From Camelus dromedarius (taxonomy: Eukaryota): DNA of 64,000 bases. Positions 1 to 11,799 of this stretch are shown piece by piece. Under the pieces are notes generated by a model. The model was given only the letters and a program-made list of their open reading frames with translations, was not told the origin of the DNA and ran no database searches. The position numbers and the translations under genes were made by a program. Numbering within the stretch: position 1 is the first letter of the stretch; every line of letters begins with the position of its first letter. The stretch lies in the NCBI RefSeq assembly GCF_036321535.1, contig NC_087438.1, positions 1,984,001 to 2,048,000 on the forward strand, written 5' to 3'.

Positions 1-449
1 CTGGCACCAAACGCCAGACATCCCGCCTCGATCCCCGGGAGCAGGACACCACCTTCGCTGACGCTGTTGGTGTTCCGTGTGGAACCACTTTGGAAACACG
101 GGTGTGAGGCTGTCTTCATCCATCAATGAGCCATCAGTTCCCTTCACTCTTCATTTGGTTTGATTTGCCTTTTTTTAATTAACTCGTTTTTAAAGTAAAA
201 GAACTAAATCCACATGATCAAATTCAAATAGTTCAGAGTCTCCCTCTCTCCTGGATAATCGCTCTTGGACAGTTTCTCTCCAGAGAAACTTGGATCCACA
301 CCTGGCACCTCGCTCTCCTGTCACCGCAGCAGGGACACACCCTCCCTGTTGAGTAGCAGGTAAGGGCTCACCGGGGACTTTCCCTCCCGGCTCCCATGCA
401 CCTGGCATCCCTGTCTTTCCAGCACCTCCCTGGTGTCCACCCACACCTT

Positions 450-955
450 AATTTATCCTGCCATTCCTGTGATAATAGACATTTTTAGCTGTTTCCAGTT
501 TTGTTTTGTTTTTTCAAAGCTGCTGTGAATCATGCTTACAGGTTTTTATGTGACTTCAGGGCAAATTTATAACAGTAGAATTTTACCGCCAGCAAGTTGG
601 TATAATTAAAATGTGCCCCCTGTTACCAAATGGTCTCCCCTGGAAGCTCTGTATCACAGGAGAGGACGTGTTTTATACTCTGGTTGATGATAGGAGTTTT
701 AAAATTTTTCATTGTTTTTTAAAATTATTTGTCAAGTGGAAAATGGGTATCTAAATGTTATTTTGATTGCATTTTTTAATAACTAGTCAAATTGAGTCTT
801 TTGTTTAGGGATCTATTGAACTTCCAGTATTTTTTTTTTTTTCTGTGAACTCTAAAGTTCACATCTTTTGCTTTTTTTTTTGCTGGTAAACTTTGTATGT
901 TTTTCTGATTGATTTCTCAAAGCTCTTTATAACACCAGAAAATAGCCCCTTGTCC
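450..955 (-). mobile_element. Old L1 (L1ME-like) 3' fragment
   Basis: T-rich decayed sequence with recalled L1M-type motifs (e.g. CTGTTTCCAGTTTT...GCTGCTGTGAA, TTTTGATTGCATTTTTTAATAACTAGT); boundaries approximate. Confidence 0.5.
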
Positions 956-974
956 ATGGAATTGGTAAATTGGT

Positions 975-1065
975 AAAATGGGGAACAATGACATGGAGTT
1001 TCGGGGAGATTAAATGCGCAGAGTGTGTGGAACACGGCCTGGGGCAGAGCCGGGCACAGCAGGGG
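975..1065 (+). mobile_element. MIR SINE 3' fragment
   Basis: AAAATGGGGAACAAT...GAGATTAAATG...CCGGGCACAGCAG resembles the MIR core and tail. Confidence 0.45.
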
Positions 1066-1586
1066 CGCACGCCTGTGCTTCTCCAGATTTGGTGATTTTT
1101 TTACTGTCTTTCCCCGATGGCCTGTGGGTTGGGTGTCCTCTGAACCTCTAACCCTCTACGAGACGACGCATAAATAAAGTCAGTTACGTCCACCGAGAAT
1201 CCACGTGGGGATGCACGTGGAATGGACTTTCTCAGACCCATGGTGGTCTTGAAATATGCCTCCTCTTCTGTGATAACTGAGATAAAAATGGAGTGAGTTG
1301 AATATTTCCTGGTAGGAAGAGTGCGAGAAAGCCCAAGTCAGACAAATGTTCATCTTTCACCTTAACGCAAGGGGCAAATGATTTCCTTTCCTTGTCAAGA
1401 CAGAAATCAGAACTCAGAAGTCGTGCAGCGTCACTGCTGCTCTGTGCTCAGGGCAGCTGATGGGCCCCGTGCAGACTTCGGCTATGTCTAAGATCCTCCA
1501 GGAAGAGAAATCCTCCACCCTCTTACCCTATAAAATGTCCAGACAGGTGATGGAGACAAACTAGCGGTTCTTGTGTCTTCCCGGAT

Positions 1587-1800
1587 CCGTGGTCCCAACT
1601 GGGGGCTGCTCTGCCCCCCAGGGGGCTACTGGCAATATCTGAGGGCATTCCTGGCGATTGCAGCTGGGGACGGGCTGCTCCGGGCAGCTCAGAGGTAGAG
1701 TCCAGGGCTGCTGTTAGCCTCCTTCGAAGCACAGAACAGGCCCCACTGCAAAGAAATGTCCTGCCGGAAATGTAACCAGTGCTGAGGATGACAGATGCTG
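1587..1800 (+). mobile_element. MER20 (hAT-Charlie MITE)
   Basis: CCGTGGTCCCAACTGGGGGC...CCCCCCAGGGG...GGCAATATCTG...AGAGGTAGAGTCCAGGGCTGCTG...CAGTGCTGAGG is collinear with the recalled MER20 consensus, ~214 bp. Confidence 0.8.
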
Positions 1801-4800
1801 TCCTGGACCAGGACCCACGTGGGGACAAGAAAGGTACCACTCCACCCCTGTCCACAGGGTTCAGGCCTCTTCTCTAGGGCCTCGCGCCTGACAGCACAGA
1901 TCCCGCGGCCACCAGCTCTCCTGTCCCTGGCGTGGACCTCCTGCCCTGCCATCGCCAGCTCCAGGGCCAAGTGGAGGCCAAGCTCTCACCCCTCACTTTG
2001 CAGCATCACCTCAATGGGTCTCCCCAAAAACCAATGAGGGGTCTCAAGTTTGCTCTCAATATTAATGAATGATACCCACCAACCACCCTCCTAAGAGCCT
2101 GGATGACTCAGACGGGCATTGCTGTTTGTCTTCCTTTAGCATTAAAATGGATTTAAATCTTTTAATTACATTTTAAATATTCATATTTTACACATACGTG
2201 TAAATTTGCAGTAAAGCTCTTACGCAGAAAACTTTTGGAAGCACACAGGCTGACTTATCACACAATACTTTTTTTTTCCCCTGAAATTTCAAGGTACCAT
2301 AGTGGGCAAAAGACTACCTCTTAGGAGTGAGTCAGATTGACACCGGGGACAAGAACTGTCAGAGCCACCAAAGCTGAGAGGGTCAGATTTCTTTAGGAAA
2401 GCCACAACTTTGGCGTTAAGACTAGTGATTGGGTAACTCCGTGTTCCCGCTTCTCTGGGAACTTTGAGTCACGCAGAGTGAGCGAGACTCAAGACAGGAG
2501 AGGTGGGGCCACGGGACGAGGATGCCGAGTCTCAGAGGAAGGACACAAGACAGTGACAGACGGACAGAGGGCATCGCCACGCCGGCAAAGCCACGCCGCC
2601 CACACGTGCAGGCGGTCCCGTGCGGGGCAGAGAGCCAGGGCCGGTGCTCCCCTACAAAGAGCGCCTAGTTTGCGCCACTGACAGAGGCGGGGAAGTGTGC
2701 CAAGGCTTTTGGAAGTAGTGTTACCAACATAGTTAAGGAAAGAAAAATTGTTTCTTAGACGAGTAAATGGCAAAATTCACTCATTCGGGGCACTTCATCA
2801 GCCAGAGTGAACCGATGAGGAGACGCATCCGGAGTCGGGGGGAAACCGTCTGAATCCAGGGCAGGAAGCGCTGGCTGCGATCACAACAAGCCTTGCACTG
2901 CGACAGGGCGAATCCGTGTCCGAAAGACGGATGCAGTGTCTCTGTGCGTCTGCCTTTTCTGGAATATTCAGACGGACTCGTGTCCTACGAGAGCATTCGC
3001 GCCACACTGAGTAAGTTATTCCTCATCACGGGGTGAAAACGCGCCACGGCAGGAGGCGCTCCTGGCACGGAGGAGGCCGGCGCGAGCGCGGGGCGCCCGG
3101 CGAGGAAGGCTGTCACGGGGCCAGCCGCTCCCCGCATCTGTGACTGCGCTCACCTAGGCCTTTTTATTTTTCACAAGTGTCTTGCAACGAAGGATTCACA
3201 GTGAATCACCACCAGTACAGCTTTACTCAACACTCTGATCATGAAGTTTACTTTTTGAGGGGACAAAACTTATTTTGAAATTATATTTACTTAAAATAAA
3301 TTATAAATCAGGAGATTGGCTCTTAAATTAGAACTCAATATATGCTTTTTCCTATCTTTTCTTTCCCTCTCTCTTTAATGTACAAATTGTATAAATGTGT
3401 AAAGATGATGCAAATAGGTCTATAAATTCATGGTGCTGTGTGCATTTATAAACACAGAGAGGTAAACACTTCATTAATGGTAAATACTTATGTATGAATC
3501 AAGATTCTGATAGTATTTCCTTCTGGAAATAAGTTTTATAGAGTAAGTCATGTTTTTTGTCATACTTATAAAGGATGGAAAATTGTTGATTGGGCTGGTT
3601 TTGTGGACAATATGACGTAAAAGGCAATACATAATGTTGGGGGACCCCAGGGGAAGCCTCCTTGCGTGTGAACCCATAGATATGACAAAGCAAGGGGTGT
3701 GAGCTCTTTTCTGTTTATTTCTGTTTATTTATATTATTTCTGTAAAGGATGCATTTTGTTGATGGGCTACGTGTTTGCTTTTAGGCGCACAGCTTTGTCT
3801 AAGACGTTCCCAGACACTGGTGAGAGTGTTAAAGCTCATGCTGGGGGGTCTGAAATTTCCGAAAGAGTGTGAAGCTTTCCGCGTGGACTGTGCGCGGGAA
3901 TCCGCACCGTGGGGCTGGTTCTCCCGAGATGCTGGCGGAGACGCTGTCACCGGAAGCCTCCCCTCCCGGGTGAGGAGCGGCCCTGCCTGCTGGCCGCAGC
4001 TGCGGGCCTGCGGCCCCCGCCCGCACGCTTGCCCTCGACACACCGTTCCGTTGTCCCCAAATCGCTTAATTGCTTTCAGCTTCCGTTTGTCTGTCTTTGC
4101 ACTGCTGGCCCTGTGACCTCGCGTCCCTGATGGGGCTACGAAGGATTGTTGATGTTCAGTGAATTTAGCCTTTCCTGTGGTGCGGGTGGGAACCTGGATC
4201 TCCAGGCCAGAAACCAGAACTTTCCTGCCCCTCCTCGCACGTCTCTGAAACCTGGTTCCCAGGCAGGGACGCAGCGTTCATTTCTTCTGCACACCTTCCT
4301 GAGCTCACACGGCGCTGGGCTCCGGGGCGCACAGGATCCTGCCCCCAAGGGAAGATGAGGGCAGAGGTGGGCCCTGGCCCAGGGGGCGTTGTGTGAAGGG
4401 TGGGCGGGACGCTGGGTCAGAGGAGAAGACAACTTGGCTCGAGGGCCAGCAAGTCCCTGGCCGATCGACTGAAGACTGACCTGCAGGCGTGAGTGTACAG
4501 GGCACAAAGTCTCAAGCTAGAAGAACTAGTTTCAAATAAAATGCATCAATGAGGGCACCATTCCTAGGGACAGGCCGAAGGGACCGTTCCCCACGCCTCC
4601 AGAGGGGCTTGGCATTCAGCTGCCAGCCCGCTGGCCTGCAGAGACGTGTCTGGAACCCTTCTTGGAGGTGAGTGACCCCCATGTGCCAAAACAGGGGCGA
4701 GGAATGTTCTTTGGCAGGAGACCCCGTTTGCAGGGCCTCGGTGGCCTCTGTTGGGGGAAATCAAAGTTTGTCCACTCCCCTCGCGTCTCCCGCCGAGAAC

Positions 4801-5607
4801 TGAGAAGTTTCTTTATCCTCGCAGAGGGGAGAGGCCAGAGTGCTCACCCTCCCTGGGTGGGCGCGTCTTTGAATGAAAACGTCAGAATCTCGACGTGGGT
4901 GCGGGTCCCTGTCACTGTCGGCTTAGTTGACACGCAGCCGTGGTGTTTCCAAGTCTCCATTTAATTGATTTTTTCAGGTTGGCCTGGATCACAGTCTGTG
5001 TTCCTGTCAACTTTTTAGAAGTTTCTGGAGATTACGTCCGGGTAGCCACTTTGCAGAGTCCATTGGGTTACTTTGTTACTCACAATATCACGGAAACCAC
5101 AAGACACACACGAGGTCACTGTTTAGTACTTCTTGTATGTTTGCATGTTATCAATTACATTAAATTATTTTAGCCTGTAAGCAGTCCAGTTTTGTGAATA
5201 TGATAGTTTTTCCCAACATCCCACTCCCCTGCCAGGGGACAGGAAAGGAGTTGAGGATTATTTGCCCCCAGTAGCTCAGTGATGAGTCTACACCATCCAG
5301 ACTGCATGATGATCATGAGGACCGCGGGCCGTGGGCCTTGCACGCCGGTTGTTGGTCCAGAGTGACTGAACGTGTGTTGGAAACAGGTGGTGGATGGTGG
5401 CGGGTCACTGGCTCTCCTCCGCTCATTCGGCCTGAGGAGCTGGGCTGGTAGCAGGCTGAGAGTCCGGTTATAACCAACCTAAAAGGGACCAGACTCGCAC
5501 CCGGCCTCACCTCCATGCTGTGACGTTCCTTCAATTGTGCAGCCAATTCATGTAAATATATCCTGTACCTTCTGTTTTATGTACAAAACATGTTACGTCT
5601 TTTCTGT

Positions 5608-5743
5608 AACACAGACACAATTTTGCTTCTAACGGCCATCTTATTTGCATATCATTGGATAAGTTGATGACTTATGTAAATACATCCCCAACTTATCCAA
5701 TGATATGCAAATAAGATGGCTCCTAGGAACAAAACTCTGTGTT
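5608..5743. repeat. Inverted repeat/hairpin with perfect 32-bp arms (5635-5666 and 5689-5720), 22-nt spacer and imperfect outer arms
   Basis: GCCATCTTATTTGCATATCATTGGATAAGTTG is the exact reverse complement of CAACTTATCCAATGATATGCAAATAAGATGGC; outer ACACAGA..TTTTG / CAAAA..TCTGTGT pair imperfectly. Confidence 0.95.
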
Positions 5744-6115
5744 TATTATCCATGGGCTACTTCAGAAGTGACATGGGAGATCGCCTATAGGATCTGTTCT
5801 GAGGTGACCGACTTCTCCTTTCTTGTTAACACAGCTTCTTGTATTTTGACTTTTCTGCTTCCTCTTTCACTCATACACGCCATTGCTCCGTCAGATCGTG
5901 ACCCTCCATTTACTGTCCTTGAACTATTTTAAAAGGCATGACTGTAACTTTCAGAAACGTTTTCATTTTTCACGTGGTGAAGTGCGTGGCATCAAGATAT
6001 TAACACATCTCCAAAGTCATCCTTTCGGCCTGATTTGGGGCCCAGGAAAATCAGTCCTCGACGTAAGCCAGGAACAACAGCAGGTGACAAGAGGGGACGC
6101 AGCGGACCCTCTAAG

Positions 6116-6131
6116 CTGTCACCTAGTGGTG
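6116..6131 (-). promoter_or_regulatory. Candidate CTCF motif
   Basis: Minus strand CACCACTAGGTGACAG, one mismatch in the GGC core of the CTCF consensus; motif only. Confidence 0.3.
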
Positions 6132-6299
6132 TCGGCTCAGAACCTCGTAACTCCTCTCCTCACGAATGCACACAGATTCCAGGAGACTGTACGATGTGTT
6201 GCCTTTTTACATTGTGACCTAACATTTAAAATGCAACTTTAAGTTGTGTCGAAAACGTAGAAAATGGAACGTCTAGCTCTAACTGTAAGGCTTGTGTGG

Positions 6300-6436
6300 T
6301 TTTCTATATAAAATCACATAAATATATGATATATTTGATAAGATATACATTTATCAAAACTTATCTAATTGTGCACTTAAAATGGGTATATTTTGTTATG
6401 TGCAAATTATAGCTCAACAGTGTTGGTTTTTAAAAA
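6300..6436 (+). mobile_element. Old L1 (L1MB/MC-like) 3' end
   Basis: ATACATTTATCAAAACTTATCTAATTGTGCACTTAAAATGGGTATATTTTGTTATGTGCAAATTATAGCTCAAC matches the typical L1M 3' terminus. Confidence 0.6.
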
Positions 6437-7499
6437 TCTCAATGACTACTTCGTTGATTTTTGAAACTTCCTGGAAGTAATTTTAGAAAAGACTTCCAGA
6501 GCTCTCCAGGATTCAGCAAGCTTCAAACTCATGTTCTTTCTCGGAAAAGCTGTACTGAGAGTTTAAAGCCAGCCGATGGGGTCTAGTCTGTTCTCAGCAG
6601 CACCTGGGGTTCCCTGCACCAGCCGGACGCCGGCACCGGGGAAGCCACCACCCGGGGGAGAGGGTTGCAGGAATCAACTCTGATGAGATTACCTCCTGTT
6701 TTGCCAGCAAATACCTGCCTTTCGGGGACCCCGCAGAGGTCAGAAAATCTGCCTTTCCCATCAGATGCAGAAGACAAGGCTCCGAGGGAATGAGTCTCCC
6801 TGCCCGGGCTCTGGTCTCATCACGAGGATGAGGCTGGGAGCGCTGGGCGCTGGACCTGGACGAGAGGGCAGCGGCTTCAGGGGACCGGGACGTGGGACTC
6901 TGGGGACTGGCATTCATTCTCAAACTTGGCAAAGGGGCTGGCCTCTCGGGAGTTCCTGCAGGCCCTGCCACCGCCCCTCCCCTGCTCTCTGCCCACCCAG
7001 GGGGCAGGGTCCCCCAGCAGTGGGCCTGGCCTCTGTTTCAAAGCTGCTTTTCTGAACTTGACAGCAAACAGCAGCCCAGCGCCTCTTTAGCTCAGGTCCT
7101 ACCTGACCTTGACCAACCTCTGGACCAACCACTGCTCCCAGTCCATGCCTCCTTCAGCCCGACTGCTGCCTCTACCCGATGTCTGCTCGCCATGTGCTGA
7201 CAGGCAGAGAAGGCCCTGGGAGGTTCCTGGAAGGCTGTGCTGACCCACATGCTGGTTGACCGGATGTGCTGTCCCGTCAAGTGTATCCCGGAGGGAGGAG
7301 GGGCAGCCCCGCCCGCCCACCCCTCCACGGAAGCACAGCAGCCCTGAACAGCTGCCTCGTCCTTCCTCGGGGTGGGTGGAGTTCCCAGTCCCTCCTGAGC
7401 GCAGCGCGGCCCCAGGGCCTGGCAGAGGCCCCGCTGAGCCTCCATCTGTTTGGAGCCAATGTGGAAGAGCTGTGACTCATGCATCACACTCATTTTCCA

Positions 7500-7710
7500 G
7501 TATTTCCTGTCTTCCCAGTGACTGTGAGCTTCCTGCGGACAGGACTCCGGGGTCCCAGGGACTGCGAGCTCCCTGCGGACAGGACTCCAGGTTCCCGTGG
7601 ACTGTGAGCTTCCTGCGGACAGGACTCTGGGGCTGGTTTTCTCCCTGCTGCTTCCCTAGGACGCTGTGTGCACATAGCAGCTGCTCAGTAAGTACTTGTT
7701 AAGTAAACAC
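7500..7710 (+). mobile_element. L2 LINE 3' end
   Basis: GACTGTGAGCTTCCTGCGGACAGGACT...CACATAGCAGCTGCTCAGTAAGTACTTGTT resembles the L2 3' terminus. Confidence 0.55.
7512..7631 (+). repeat. Tandem repeat, 40-bp unit x3
   Basis: ACTG(T/C)GAGCT(T/C)CCTGCGGACAGGACTC recurs at 7521, 7561 and 7601 (period exactly 40). Confidence 0.95.
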
Positions 7711-9379
7711 ATTTCAAAATATGAATATATTTCTATATATTTTAAAGTAGCTGGTAGGCCCCTGCAGGGAAAGTAGGAGTTACGTGTGTATATGTCGTGT
7801 GTATCCGCAAGACACGTTTCTGTTACTTAAAGCACAGACCAGAGCTAAGGCGCGCAGCCCTTAAAGCACCTTGTTTTCACACCTGGGTGGACTAACATAG
7901 CTCACCCCTGCTGTTTTTACACCTGGATGGGACCCATTCACAGAGACACCCTGGGAACTGCTGGCCCAGCCGGGAGGATCAGGGGTGGGATTCAGGCGCG
8001 GAGTGCCGGCTCTCCAAACGTGATGCTAATTGGAGCCGGCTCTCCTCTCTGGGGGCTGCCCCAGGCCCCCAGCCCGCGCACCCGCGGCCCACGGATGTCC
8101 GCGCCCTCACTGCGGGGGCTCTGGGGCTGCGCTTCTAGAGCGGTGACTTCAGAGCCGAGTGAGCAGTGCTGCCAGGACCTGTCCGTGAGCAGTGAGGTGC
8201 TGACATTTAATCAGGAAAGGTGGCACTGCCCTGGGGACAGCCTCATGAGGATGCGGGCTCTGTGCAGACCGCAGGGAGGGCCTCCATTCCAGAAAACTAG
8301 GGTACAGCTTCTGAAATGGGGTTTCTACTGGGGCACGCAATTTCTAGTGGCCAGACGGTGCCTCTCGGAGCGGCCACAGCGGCACTCTTCAGTGCATCAG
8401 GCGGACCCCTCCTGCCCCCCATCTCCCCGTCCAAATCGCCTTCTTCTTATGCTTGGATGAGAAAGGTTCCTAAACGGTTTCTCTGCTTTCACCAATACCC
8501 ACTTCTTTTCTTTTCCAGATCAAGGGCAGAGGGGTAGTTCTAGAATGAGATTCTAAGCATTCCTTTCTCTTGCTTAAAATTCTTCCACGGTCTCCATTGC
8601 TCTTGGAAAAAGCTAAAATGCTGACCGAGTTAAACTTCAGCTGGCCTCGGGCGACCTGTCTCTTTCTCAGCAATCTGGCCTCATCGCACATCAGTCCCCA
8701 CGTTCTCTGAGAGCTCAGCCTCATGACCCCTTCCCCATCTGGTCTGCACGAAGGCAAGTCCCTCTGCCTCAGGGCCTTTGCACCTGCTTCCCCCTCTCCC
8801 TGGGATGACCCTTAAAACCCTCAGAAAGAAAGGGTTGCTTTCTCTCGCTCTGGATCTCAGTTTGATGATCAGGTCCTCGGGGAAGCGTCCTCAGCTCCCC
8901 GCCCAGGGGAGTCCTTCTTCCTCGGGAGCCTCACTGAGGGGCCGCACACAGCTGTGCTCCACTGGTTCCATGAGGTGCTGTTGTTTGCTCCCAGCCTGTC
9001 TGTCCTCATGTCTACTCTGCTGCCGGACCCCTTTCCCTGATGTCCTCAGATATTGTCAACCATCCTGTGGGGGGCAGAGTAGCCCTCGGTTGGGACCACG
9101 GATCCAGGAAGACACAAGAACCACTAGTTTGTCTCCATCACCTGTCTGACCATTTTGTAGGGTAAGAGAGTGGAGGATTTCTCTTCCTGGGGGATCTTAG
9201 ACATAGCCGAACGTCTGCACGTGGCCCATCAACTGCCCTGAGCACAGAGCAGCAGTGACATACAGGACTTCTGACTTCTGTGTTGAGAGGGAAAGAGAAT
9301 CCACCACCATGGGGGTTAAATGCAAAAGACAAAAAACCCTTTTGGCAGCTTTGTTGCTGCTAAAAGTTAAAATCTCTCA

Positions 9380-9598
9380 GAATCCTCTGGAAGCCGAACT
9401 TTTGTCACTTGGGGCTGGGTCATTCCTTGTCCTGAGGGCTACTCTGTGTCCTGGAGGACACTCAGCGGCACCCTTGGCCTCCACCCACTACATGTCAGTC
9501 CCACTCCCAGCCCCAGTTGTCACCACTCAAAATGTCTCCATCCAGGCATGGCCAAGTGTCCCCTGGGGGGTACAACCGCCCTGGGATGAGCACTCCTG
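9380..9598 (-). mobile_element. MER20 (hAT-Charlie MITE)
   Basis: GGGGCTGGGTCATTCCTTG...CCTTGGCCTCCACCCACTACATG...CCAGTTGTCACCACTCAAAATGTCTCCA...AAGTGTCCCCTGGGGGG matches reverse-strand MER20. Confidence 0.8.
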
Positions 9599-10413
9599 CT
9601 GGGGAATTCCATCACAACAGCCCCGTCGGGATATCAAGCCTGACCCTCTCCCACCTGCAGGGACACTGGCACACAGCGCACCCCCGCCACATGCTTCTGA
9701 AATGTCCTGTGGACTGGCTGCCCGCCCTCTGAGTGTCCGGGATTACACCTCGTATGTTTTCCTTGCTGGTGTATCTGAATGCTTCGAAATTTACACAGCT
9801 TGGAAGCTCATATCCTGAAGGCGCCGTAAATCCTTCCCCGCTTCACGGGATTGCTGAATCTTTAAGGACCATTATTTCCCCGTCAATGCGATGGTCCAGG
9901 AACTTTCCCAGCCACTCTGTCATGGCTGTCTCCCCTCTATCCACAGTGACGTTTTGAACGTTGGGAATAGCACACCAGTTTGGGAAGGAAGGCATTTAAG
10001 GAGATAAACCTCTAAAATAACAAAGGAGAGGACGTGGACGAGAGATGTGGGGCGGCGCCCGGCCGGCCCGACGTGGAACCCCTGTCAGGGCTGGTTGATA
10101 AATGGGGCTCCGGGGCCCCACTGTTTGTTCAGGGCTCCTGCTCTGCTCCAACTGCGCACAAAACCCACATTGAAGCGTCTGCCTTGGAAAATAACACGAC
10201 CCGGCGGCGATGGGCCCTCGGGGCCCAGGCCAGACGGGGGGGCAGGGCCGCGGAAGGCTCTCCAAGACGTGAAGCAGGGCCTGGCCTCTTCCCATCCCGT
10301 CCAGACCGCCCGGCCCAGCTCCCCTAGTCTGCACCTTGGTCCTCTCTCCTCCCCAATCCCGGAGAGGGTGGCCCATCACTCCCCCAGGACAAACCTCAGT
10401 GGCCAGTTCACTT

Positions 10414-10427
10414 CTGCCACCTGCTGG
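10414..10427 (-). promoter_or_regulatory. Candidate CTCF binding site (consensus core)
   Basis: Plus CTGCCACCTGCTGG = minus CCAGCAGGTGGCAG, matching the CTCF core CC(A/G)(C/G)(C/T)AG(A/G)(G/T)GGC(A/G). Confidence 0.55.
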
Positions 10428-10590
10428 TGACGGACACCGGAGCTCTGCGTTCCCCAGTCCAGGGTAACCGTGACCTCTCAGGACACCTGGGGGAGGCTGA
10501 CCTTGCACAGGGCCGGTCTTCAGGCCTCCAGGGCCATGCCAGCCACCGCAGCCTCAGACTCTCTGCCAATGGCCTTGCTGCAGAAAAGTG

Positions 10591-11030
10591 TGTTACAGCT
10601 CAGTGGTGACAGCAACCTGGATCCGGGCGAGAGACCAGGCAGCACTCAGAGAGTCGGAGAACTCAGGTTTACTACGCCAGCGGGCCCAAAGGAGTTAACA
10701 CCCCAGGCTCTGCACCCAGGCTGTAGGTTTACACAGGCTTTTACAGGCTGCCAGTTTATACTTTGAAACATCATATGCAAATGAGGTACAACAAAAATTG
10801 ACTAATTAGGAACAAGCTTTGTAGAAATGGACCAATAAGGAGTGAGAGAAATAACCAATCAGAGGTGAGCTCAGGGAACCAATAGAACTTTAGGGGTAAG
10901 TAAGCCGCTTCAGAGGCAAAAAGTGAGCTAGAGCCTCTGGGCCCGGGAACCGGGTGGGGCTGGCAGGAGAGCAGCGGCCCTGCCTGGGGGTCCTGCCAGT
11001 GTTTTTTGGGGGCTCCCCGCCTCAGCCTCA
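10591..11030 (-). mobile_element. Solo endogenous retroviral LTR (440 bp) with 5-bp TSD
   Basis: TG...CA termini; AAGTG at 10586-10590 and 11031-11035; minus-strand TATAAA (10755-10760), octamer (10775-10782), three CCAAT/ATTGG boxes upstream, degenerate polyA signal AGTAAA. Confidence 0.85.
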
Positions 11031-11267
11031 AAGTGCCCTTTCTACTCCTAAGGATGGAGGACACTTCAGATGCCACCGGAAGCACTAAATTAATTTATTT
11101 TATGTTCTAACTTAGACCAAGGCAACTAGGAAAATCAATATTAAGCTACTGCATGAAACACCAACCCAAGGACTTAAGATTTCTGTGGATAAACAACACA
11201 TAAAGACCTTCATGGACTTGAGCAAGTTCTTCCCTACAAGCATCCTGTGTTTGCGTTGTGACTGGTT

Positions 11268-11418
11268 TACAGTATGGTTTTCGGTTTTGTTTTTTTGGGG
11301 GCGGTCATTAGGTCTATTTATTATTATTATTATTTTTTTAATAAGGTACTGGGGATCAAACCCAGGACCTTGTGTGTGCTAAGCACGTGCTCCAGCACTG
11401 AGCTATGCCCTCCCCTCC
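11268..11418 (-). mobile_element. tRNA-Ala-derived camelid SINE (Vic-1-like)
   Basis: Minus GGGGAGGGCATAGCTCAGTGCTGGAGCACGTGCTTAGCACACACAAGGTCCTGGGTTTGATCCCCAGTACC plus A-rich tail; degenerate TSD (GTGACTGG core on both flanks). Confidence 0.9.
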
Positions 11419-11534
11419 GGGTGGTGACTGGATTATGTGAATGTACCAGGGGTCGATTCCCCACCACTTTCAACATCTTTTCCTCCTCTCATGACGTTTT
11501 AAAAATGACCTTGGCGTTAGAATTATCAGCATTA

Positions 11535-11695
11535 TTTTTAATTGTGGTGAAATGCACATAACAAATTTACCGTTTTGCCTGCGTTTCCGTGTACAGATCA
11601 GTGGTATCCGGTACATTCACACGGGTGGGGGGTCACCGCCCTCTCCGTCTCCAGAGCTCACCGTTCCTTGCACAGCTAAGCTCTCTCCCCATTGT
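11535..11695 (-). mobile_element. L1MB-like 3' end
   Basis: TTTTTAATTGTGGTGAAATGCACATAACAAATTTACC...GTACAGATCAGTGG...GTACATTCAC...CCGTCTCCAGA typical of reverse L1MB tails. Confidence 0.65.
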
Positions 11696-11799
11696 TGAGA
11701 TTGTCTATTTTTTTTTCCCATTTGTTTCAAAAGTATTTTTAATTGTTGAAGCAGTGCTATAAAGATTGCTCTAAAAATCTTTGCCAGGTAATTCTCTGA

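Noticed and set aside
2860-3010. Coding exon (GRKRWLRSQQ...SYESIRATL) ending at GTAAGT
   Set aside because: The acceptor lacks a polypyrimidine tract, the peptide is unrecognised, and no compatible partner exon was found.
3711-3730. 10-bp tandem duplication CTGTTTATTT x2
   Set aside because: Ordinary slippage event.
7512-7631. CRISPR-like array
   Set aside because: Head-to-tail repeats without unique spacers, in mammalian DNA; a minisatellite.
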